Shown here in pieces: positions 1-6,608 of a stretch of 7,826 nt of DNA. The stretch covers positions 1-7,826 of the forward strand of contig RHPI01003576.1 of NCBI GenBank assembly GCA_009103225.1, written 5' to 3'. Made by a program: the position numbers and the translations under genes. The stretch's first letter is position 1. Every line of letters begins with the position of its first letter. The notes under the pieces were generated by a model, which did not search any database, was not told the origin of the DNA, and saw nothing but the letters and a program-made list of their open reading frames with translations. This stretch comes from Chlorokybus atmophyticus (lineage: Eukaryota > Plantae > Mesostigma and Chlorokybus algae).

Positions 1-190
1 TAGATGGCGGCGGCGGATTGGATGAGGCCAGGGTTGGCACGCGGCGCGCTTTGAAGGGTAGTCCGGAGTACTTGGTGATAGCGGCGGCCTCGAGCGGATC
101 GGTGGATCCGGATGTCGATGAGGCAAACTGCTGCTTGAGGGGCTGTGCGAGGAGGAAGGGCGTGCCGAGGGCTGCTAGTGCGACATATGC

Positions 191-198
191 TATTTATA
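191..198 (-). promoter_or_regulatory. Possible TATA box (TATAAATA) of a leftward gene beyond the window edge
   Basis: It sits at the switch from AT-rich (about 190-400) to GC-rich (1-180) sequence. The minus strand downstream is C-rich and has no ATG except a 3-codon ORF at 186-175, as expected of a 5' UTR. Confidence 0.25.
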
Positions 199-491
199 CT
201 CAAATGGATTATTTTGTTAAATGCTATCGATAATAGTAATAAGTAGTCTACGTAAAGACACGTATATTTCGTCTGTTATAAATAATACAACGTGTCTCAA
301 ATTTACCAAATATTTAATTTATACATTGCAGGCCATTTTAGTTAAAGTCTATGCATGCCATGGAACTGGAGACCTAAACATGAAACATTGAAAGTAAATA
401 TTCACCTAAAAGTGTGAGCTCGGGGCGCAATGTATGTGGCGCTACGGTAATGCCATCCTTTCTTATTCTGCCTTGTACCCCGGTAATTGAT

Positions 492-529
492 TTCAAGGTT
501 GTCCCCCCTTATTGCACACGATCCCCGGC
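492..529 (+). repeat. Third, direct copy of the same motif
   Basis: TTCAAGGTTGTCCCCC (492-507) matches the reverse-complemented right arm at 15/16. The sequence continues ...CACACGATCCCCGGC, similar to ...CACACAATCCCGGGC at 618-632. Confidence 0.7.
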
Positions 530-592
530 GAGGGTGATGGAAATACCGTAGCGCCACATGCATGTCGCTCCGAACTCACGTTGTGGATGTCT

Positions 593-706
593 GTCTTCCC
601 GGTTGTCCCCCTTTTTTCACACAATCCCGGGCAGTGGGGGTGAGATACTGCATGTGGAAAACGAAAAACCAGTCACATGTGAAAAAAGGGGGACATCCTT
701 GAAGAC
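593..706. repeat. Inverted repeat, 29-bp arms (593-621 and 678-706, 26/29 identical) with a 56-bp spacer; MITE-like fold-back
   Basis: The left arm is GTCTTCCCGGTTGTCCCCCTTTTTTCACA and the reverse complement of the right arm is GTCTTCAAGGATGTCCCCCTTTTTTCACA, with a perfect 18-bp core. No target-site duplication was identified. Confidence 0.8.
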
Positions 707-728
707 TACAAGGCAGGAGGTGAAAGAG

Positions 729-735
729 AAAAAAA
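729..735 (-). terminator. RNA polymerase III terminator (T7 run) of tRNA-Leu
   Basis: A7 on the plus strand is TTTTTTT on the minus strand, 10 nt after the tRNA discriminator base. Confidence 0.85.
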
Positions 736-745
736 CAATTCCATC

Positions 746-827
746 TGTCCAGAGTGGGATTTGAACCCACGCCTCCGAAGAGACCAGAGCCTTAATCTGG
801 CGCCTTAGACCGCTCGGCCATCTGAAC
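746..827 (-). tRNA. tRNA-Leu(AAG): tRNA-Leu, anticodon AAG (82 nt, type II long variable arm, no intron)
   Basis: The reverse complement reads GTTCAGATGGCCGAGCGGTCTAAGGCGCCAGATTAAGGCTCTGGTCTCTTCGGAGGCGTGGGTTCAAATCCCACTCTGGACA. Acceptor stem GTTCAGA/TCTGGAC with discriminator A; D arm with A-box TGGCCGAGCGG; anticodon stem CCAGA/TCTGG with loop TT-AAG-GC (anticodon at 793-791); variable arm TCTCTTCGGAGG; T arm GTGGG-TTCAAAT-CCCAC. CCA is not encoded. Confidence 0.97.
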
Positions 828-865
828 AAGTTGTTGTACAAAAAGCCAAGTGCTAAATCTATATA
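828..865 (-). promoter_or_regulatory. tRNA 5' flank with CAA triplets and a TATA-like element
   Basis: On the minus strand, CAA occurs at -9..-7 and -6..-4 and TATATA at -38..-33 (plus 860-865). This resembles the upstream signature described for plant and green-algal nuclear tRNA genes. Confidence 0.5.
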
Positions 866-990
866 TGTTTTGCACCTGCAAACAACGCATCTTGAAGTGT
901 TGTTCCAACAAGCAAAAGTGGCAACATACATCGCTTCAGGCTCCTCCTCTGCGGGCGGTAGGCTTGCTGTTACCGGCGCTGTGCTTTCGC

Positions 991-1036
991 ACAGACTGAG
1001 CAAGTGGTGTAGACAGACTAGAATTAAGTGGTGTAG
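991..1036 (+). repeat. Imperfect tandem duplication (22 + 24 bp) upstream of the KCNAB start
   Basis: ACAGACTGAGCAAGTGGTGTAG is followed directly by ACAGACTAGAATTAAGTGGTGTAG. Confidence 0.7.
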
Positions 1037-1119
1037 GTAGTTGTTTGCTGTTCCGCTTTTGCTAAAGTACTAGTGTGCTGGCAACTGGTTGTTGACCTGA
1101 AGCAAAACACATACCAGCC

Positions 1120-3286
1120 ATGGCGGGACTGCCTCCCACGAGCATGCAGGTGTGCGGGCTTTGCTGCATGCCTTCCACAAGGCTCGTGTCAACATGTTGC
1201 TGCTGTACGTGTGTTTACGCACGCATGTGCTAGATGCTTGCACGTGTCAGCATTAACGGCATGCATGCTGTCAACTTGACTTGCCTGTGTGTGCGTGCAT
1301 GCCGTTGCTGTTCAACTGCTGCCTGTAGTTGTTCATACCACCAACTTGGTGACTTGTTGCCGGCCTTACCTCCTTTGTTGATTGTTATGTTTTGTGATGG
1401 CAGTATTCAGTGCTCGGACGCTCTGGACTTGTCGTCTCCAGGCTGTCCCTCGGCTCATGGGTGAGTCCAGTTTGCAGGCATGCATGGCTTGTCTGTTTCA
1501 GGGCAGCGGAAATCCATGTGGTCAACCGTTTGGTACTTTCAGCACAAGGGTGTAACTTTGGATTGCAAACTTGTCGGCAGACTGAGGCTTGAATCGTTAT
1601 CAGCATGCTACTGACCCGTCAGGTGTAGAAGTGAAATACTGGTTCGCTGCCTGTATGTGTTGCTTGTGACAAATTGACAGCTTGCACCTGCTGCACACTT
1701 AGACTTGGCAGTGTTATGTGAAGAAAAAGCAGCCAGATGCTCTTATGTATTCAATGTGCAAGCCATGTGGTATAGGTCAAGTGCTTCCAGTCATGCTTGG
1801 CTAAGCTCACGCAAAGTTGCTCACAGGTCACATTCAAGTCTCAGGTCGACATCGACCTTGCTTACTCCATTATGAAGGCTGCGTATGTAAGTGTGACAAC
1901 CGCACACGCATGCCATAAGCATCGTAGTGCTGAACCAGCCGCACTACTTGACAACCGCAACCTCCGCAGGGCCACGGCGTCAACTTCTTTGACAACGCAG
2001 AGGGTTATGCTGCAGGCGACTCAGAGCACATCATGGGTGCTGCGGTGAAGCAGGGCATTGACAAAGGCGATTGGTTGCGCTCAGACCTTGTTCTCTCAAC
2101 CAAGGTGAGGCGGTGCATGACTGCAGTTGCTTACGACCCATCAAGTATGACCATTACGCAAGTGCATGCGGATTGCTGCTAATCAGGCGATGCTTGCAGA
2201 TATACTTTGGAGTCAAGCCGGGTCATAATGCGCGTGGTTTGAGTCGCAAGCACATAGTTGAAGGCATGCAAGCTTCCCTCAAACGCCTGGACATGGACTA
2301 CGTGAGTGTTGCCTTTTCACGTGATGGTTGATTTGCTCTGCTGCAGAGAGCCGTTGAAGGAGACTTGTAATGCAACAGGTGGATATTGTGTTTTGTCACC
2401 GGCCGGATCCAGTCACGCCGATCGAGGAGACAGTTCGTGCAATGAACCATATCATCGAGCGTGGTTGGGCATTTTACTGGGGCACCTCAGAATGGTCAGC
2501 CCAGCAGGTGTGAATGCACGCTCAGCATGTGTGTGCCTAGTCAAGAGCTTGGGCAAAGTATTGGTGTTGCTGGAACGGTGCTGAGTGTGATCCTTATCTT
2601 GTGGTAGATCACTGAGGCTTGCCGAATTGCGGACAAGCTAAACCTGATGCAGCCAATTGCGGAGCAGCCAGAGTACAACTTGTTTGCCAGGCAGAAGGTG
2701 GAGATAGACTACGCACCACTCTACAAGGCGGTGAGATTTTGCTGACGTTCTCCTTGCAAATAGCAGTAATTCTGTAGGTCACGCATGCACACGCGCGTCT
2801 GCACGAGAATGCATGCCTTCATCATGACATGAATTTGTGCAGTTCGGTATGGGAACAACAATCTGGTCTCCACTGGCGAGCGGCATACTGACAGGCAAAT
2901 ACTCGGGCAAGAAGATTCCTGAGGGCAGTCGTCTGGCGCTCGCGGACTATGCGTGGCTGCAGAAGTCCAAGTTCGGTCCCGACAATGTGTGGCAGCTGGA
3001 AGCCGCGGACGCGCTGGCGCCCATCGCGCAGCAGATCGGTTGCACATTGGGCCAGCTGGCCATTGCGTGGTGCCTGAGGAACGAACACGTGTCCACGGTG
3101 ATTACTGGCGCGACCAGCGTGGAGCAAGTTCACGAGAACATGAAGGCGGTGGAGTTTGTTGAAAGGATTACAGACGATATAGCAGAAGAGATTGAGGAGA
3201 TTGTGAAGACGAAGCCCACGCCAAGCCGCGTTGAACTGCAGGTGGCTGCCCTGCGCAACACAGCGGCTCTCCACGGGCTCAAGTAG
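1120..3286 (+). CDS. KCNAB: Voltage-gated potassium channel beta subunit-like aldo-keto reductase (AKR6/Kv-beta family), 359 aa, 8 exons: join(1120..1149,1404..1460,1827..1886,1970..2104,2200..2301,2379..2507,2608..2730,2843..3286)
   Basis: Seven GT..AG introns (254, 366, 83, 95, 77, 100, 112 nt) splice into one open frame: [10 protein letters not shown]|[19 protein letters not shown]|[20 protein letters not shown]|[23 protein letters not shown]...SDLVLSTK|[34 protein letters not shown]|[43 protein letters not shown]|[41 protein letters not shown]|[20 protein letters not shown]...[31 protein letters not shown]...LHGLK*. Recognised Kv-beta/KAB1 motifs: LGRSGLxVSxL, FFDNAEx[33 protein letters not shown], WSPLASGxLTGKY. 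Exon 1 and the choice of start codon are slightly less certain than exons 2-8. Confidence 0.95.
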
Positions 3287-3929
3287 AGATCCATTGTGAT
3301 CGTCAACGTTGTTCGCAACACCAGTACTTTGTTTGTGCTGGTCAGCGTTTCTGAGTAGGACTGCAGACATGGTGTGTTTTTGAGTAGCGGCTGGCAGTTA
3401 GCATAGTCAACTTTGTCTGTCCATTGCTCGTTTCTGGTCATGTTGCCGGTGACAGTCAGAACCCGCACACCCATTACTTCTCAAAGCAGGCATCCGCATA
3501 CAGCACAAGACAACGCCAGTCGATGCAGAGAGATATGTTCTGGTAATAGATGCGATGCCAGTCCCAAGTAGCCATGGGTTGTACTGCCAGTGTGTGCATG
3601 CGACGGTGGAAAGCATGCTAGCGTATCGTGCGCGTGAGTGTGCAATGGCTTGCCTGCACGGGTGCATGTTGTAGAGATAGATACGCATACGTGCATGAGT
3701 TGATTCTTTTCCATTTAATCAAAAGGCGCAAGGCAAGCGTCTCATGTCATCATATGTATATGCACAAATAGCAGAATGGGTGGTGACAGCAGCACATGGT
3801 TGTGTATGTATGATTGCATGCGTGGTTGCGTGCAATCACATGATGTGTGCATGCCATGTATATGGTTGCCTTGCATGCATGACATCCCCGTTGCATCTTG
3901 TGTACACAGCAGAGTAGTACAGGACAATC

Positions 3930-3989
3930 GTTGTTGTAGTAGTTGTTGTTGTTGTTAAGATCAACAGCAACAACAACAACAACAACAGC
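3930..3989. repeat. Opposed (GTT)n and (AAC)n trinucleotide tracts forming a fold-back
   Basis: 3930-3956 is nine GTT/GTA triplets, followed by the 6-nt spacer AAGATC, then nine AAC/AGC triplets at 3963-3989. Confidence 0.85.
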
Positions 3990-5324
3990 AATGGGCTGGC
4001 CCAGGCCCCTTCTAATTGAACACTACAGAAGCACACGCATGCAAACGCGAAGGCGAGGAGGCAGGCAGCGGCGTTGGCGTTGGCAGGGTGGCACGCACAA
4101 GCAGCGGTGAAGATGACTGGCATGCTGGCGCACCTGTTACACAAGCGCCACACGTTTAGCAACTGAATTTATGTCAGCTAGCTTATGTGTTGTTGTTTTT
4201 GTTGTCTAGCTAGCGCTGCTCAAAGCCCCCATTTATTTGTCCTGCTTGTGCCTCGTTGCAAGTGCTTGTGAATATTCTTGTGTGGTCTGAGTTGAAAGTG
4301 TACAAGATATGCGCGAGGCAATTGTAGGCATGCATGGCGCATACCAAATCACGTGTTGCGCATGACTTTGCACTCTCAAGCTTCATATATGCAAACAACC
4401 ATTTGAGGCACATGACATCGTTAACTCAAATGTTATCATCTCCGCTTCAGAAATGATTTGCTTTTGTGACATCAACTTTGCTTGCTTGAAGTGCTTCAGT
4501 AAAGTCCGTTCATATATTACCATTGATTATCACAAGTGATTGGATAATTATTCAATGTTGCTTGAGCATCATCAGTGACGAAGAAATACTGTTTATAAAA
4601 GGCGATGAATTTAAGGCCTGACATGATAATGACTATGTAAAACATTCAACAATTCCATATGTATGAGTATAAAAGTAACATCTCATCTGTGCCTTGCAAG
4701 TCAACAACAGATGCAATTCGTCACACGCGTGATGATAACCTGCGCGTCGGTGTTTGAATGCCGTGTCGTGCGCGATGCATCAATCAAATAAATAAATAAA
4801 CTTTAAAATAGCCCTACGTTACCTTTGCATAGGGAAACCATGTCACAATGTGACCTCATTGTTGCTATGCACGTAATGACTCCTGACTACGAACATCAGG
4901 AGTTATAAGATACTTACGTTTCTTGATCGTGTACTAATGAGTCCTCCGCAAACATCACATAGTACGTATAACATTTATTGTACCTAGTATGCATGGACAT
5001 CGAGTACCATTGGATTGTTCTCTGCTACACTACAATCAGTGCAATGAGCAGTGGCAGTGGCAATGTTGTCAACAGACTGTTGGCAACCTGGCACAGCGAT
5101 ATATGATACATTATCATTGATAATGTTCATCTTGACGAGTTGTTGACAGATCATTGTCAGCTAGCTGACGTCAGAGTAAGAGGTAACTGAGCTTTGGTTG
5201 CCCTGCCTGGACTAAAGCGAGCAGGCAAGTTGCCGGCAGATCCCATCCTGGACACGACCATGGCAATGGCTAGGGCGGGGGCGGCGTGGGGGAGGAGGCT
5301 GCTGGGACGGTCGTCGACGACGAC

Positions 5325-6331
5325 ATGGGTGACCTGGAGGGAAGGCCCCTAGGCTTGTTACCTTGCGTGACGATCGCGCCTAGACGCACCGTCGCCGCCA
5401 GAGGTGCGCCATCACCGTTGACCTGCTGCTGACTACTGTTGACTACTTTGCACGCTGGCTTCTTGTGATGGAGCATGAGAACTTGTAGTAACATATACGA
5501 CCTTGCAGCATGCATGTTGAGACTGGTCGGTGCATGCCTCACACGACGTACGTCAACAAATGCTCCTTGCAGGTTGTCACAGAGTACTACGAGAAGAAGT
5601 ACACCGACCACTTCATTTCAGTGGCAGACAGCATTGGTAAGCAAAGTCACAAGTGATGTTAGAAATGAATTAACGCCGTGTGCAATACACGGCAGAAGCT
5701 CTGTCTGCAGCAGCAGTGGTGTGAGTGGTATTTGTAACCTTGTTTTGCACTTGCAGAGGAAGTTGTGCCTATGGTTATCGTCGTGGGCAACCCTGAAGGC
5801 ATGGGTCCAAGGTGAGCTATTAGCGCCTACAAAACCTCGTGGGCGTTGAGAGAGATACTAGCAAGCGCTGTTCTTTCTCAAAACGTGCAAGCAAACCTAT
5901 GAGCGAAACTCGTGGGTTGCCTAAACAGGCCGGACTCGTTTGAGATCAGCCTTGGCGTGAAGCTTCTGTATTCTACGCTAAAGGTACATATGCTGACACT
6001 TAGCCCAGCCCAAAGTCGTGTACATGAGGGCAGTGCGCATGCGTAGCAGCACACCACTAATGCCTTCTTTAATACTGCGTTATGTAAAGTAACCAGCACC
6101 TTTATGGTAAGAAGTCATAAACAACCAACCAACCAACCAACCAACCAACCAACCACCAAACCAACCAACCAACCACCAACCAACCACCAAACCAACCAAA
6201 CCAAACCAACCAAGACAACATGCCATGTGCAGACCAAAACGCTTCCAACCGCGGATGACGCCACTGAGGCGGTCAGGACAGCTACAGATGGCCTCAGTAG
6301 CGCGCAGAGCAGTGATGGCGGTTGCGGCTAA
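5325..6331 (+). CDS. Small Rdx-family-like (SelW/SelT/SelH/MIEN1 thioredoxin-like fold) protein, about 98 aa. Core exons 5573..5636, 5757..5811, 5929..5983, 6233..6331; tentative 5' exons 5325..5328 and 5384..5403
   Basis: Four exons with GT..AG boundaries and mutually consistent phases (1, 2, 0) give VVTEYYEKKYTDHFISVADSIEEVVPMVIVVGNPEGMGPRPDSFEISLGVKLLYSTLKTKTLPTADDATEAVRTATDGLSSAQSSDGGCG*. The pattern of EY, a helix ending in P, xSFEI, LLYS and a final P-x-x-D-D-x-x-E-A-V-R helix follows the Rdx layout as recalled from MIEN1 (VEY..[47 protein letters not shown]). The N-terminus MDAPSPPE (ATG 5325, 55-nt first intron, donor GTGCGC at 5404) is a tentative model. Confidence 0.7.
6123..6213 (+). 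repeat. (AACC)n microsatellite degenerating into ACC/AAACC variants, inside the last intron of the Rdx-like gene
   Basis: Eight perfect AACC units at 6123-6154 are followed by degenerate units to about 6213. Confidence 0.95.
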
Positions 6332-6446
6332 GTTGCTCACGTGATGGTATGCTAACATTGCACCGGCAATATGTCGTCTTGAGCCGCAAGAACAGCCATT
6401 CAGGCTTCAAGGCCAACAGCAGCTGATGCAATTACTGTACTTCTTT

Positions 6447-6608
6447 TGTAACCAGGTTGGACATGAGCACATTGCAAGTTCTCTTTATTGTCTAGCACCT
6501 TGAAGATTAATGTACATTGTAAATATTTTTGGTTGCATACCTGCATCATCAAGGTGGCAAGTGTGTCATTGGCAAATTCATTAAGGCAGGTAGGTGATGG
6601 TTGTGTAA
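6447..6608 (+). promoter_or_regulatory. Candidate chlorophyte-type polyadenylation signals (TGTAA x3) downstream of the Rdx-like stop codon
   Basis: TGTAA occurs at 6447-6451, 6518-6522 and 6604-6608. TGTAA is the established Chlamydomonas-type poly(A) signal. Caveat: none was found shortly after the KCNAB stop, and the motif is short. Confidence 0.3.

Noticed and set aside
2822-3474. Long minus-strand ORFs (182 aa, 114 aa) and a 69-aa plus ORF overlapping exon 8
   Set aside because: These are shadow frames of the GC-rich Kv-beta coding exon.
3284-3500. TAG read as Gln (non-standard code of some ulvophytes), extending Kv-beta
   Set aside because: All Gln codons in both gene models are CAA/CAG with no internal TAA/TAG, and the downstream sequence is not protein-like.
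5176-5334. Minus-strand frame containing VTHVVVD, reminiscent of a BRCT domain strand
   Set aside because: The frame has a TAG six codons upstream, joining it to the preceding segment needs a 28-nt intron, other BRCT hallmarks are absent, and the plus-strand Rdx-like model explains the region better.
5353-5403. In-frame TGA (5368-5370) upstream of the Rdx-like exons (ACYLA-TGA-RSRLDAPSPPE) as a possible selenocysteine codon
   Set aside because: The spacing is CxxxU rather than CxxU, it is far from the beta-1 position, it is preceded by TAG at 5350-5352 and would need a 24-nt intron, and no convincing SECIS was found after the stop.
5696-5720. Extra micro-exon (EALSAAAV) inside the Rdx-like intron 5637-5756
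   Set aside because: Neither available donor (23 or 25 nt exon) preserves the frame that yields PRPDSFEI, and including it destroys the Rdx-like alignment.
5475-5849. 124-aa plus-strand ORF in the track
   Set aside because: It runs across introns in a different frame from the Rdx-like exons, and its product has no recognisable features.
6123-6213. Interstitial telomeric repeat or CRISPR-like array
   Set aside because: The unit is AACC, not CCCTAA/CCCTAAA, and no repeat-spacer structure exists anywhere in the window.
6104-6232. N-terminal part of the 75-aa ORF with QPTN repeats
   Set aside because: It is a translation of the intronic AACC microsatellite; only 6233-6331 is modelled as exon.
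6339-6384. Possible SECIS element in the Rdx-like 3' UTR (GTGA...AA...TGAG)
   Set aside because: Helix II does not pair, the spacing to the AA is too short, and the gene model has no in-frame UGA.
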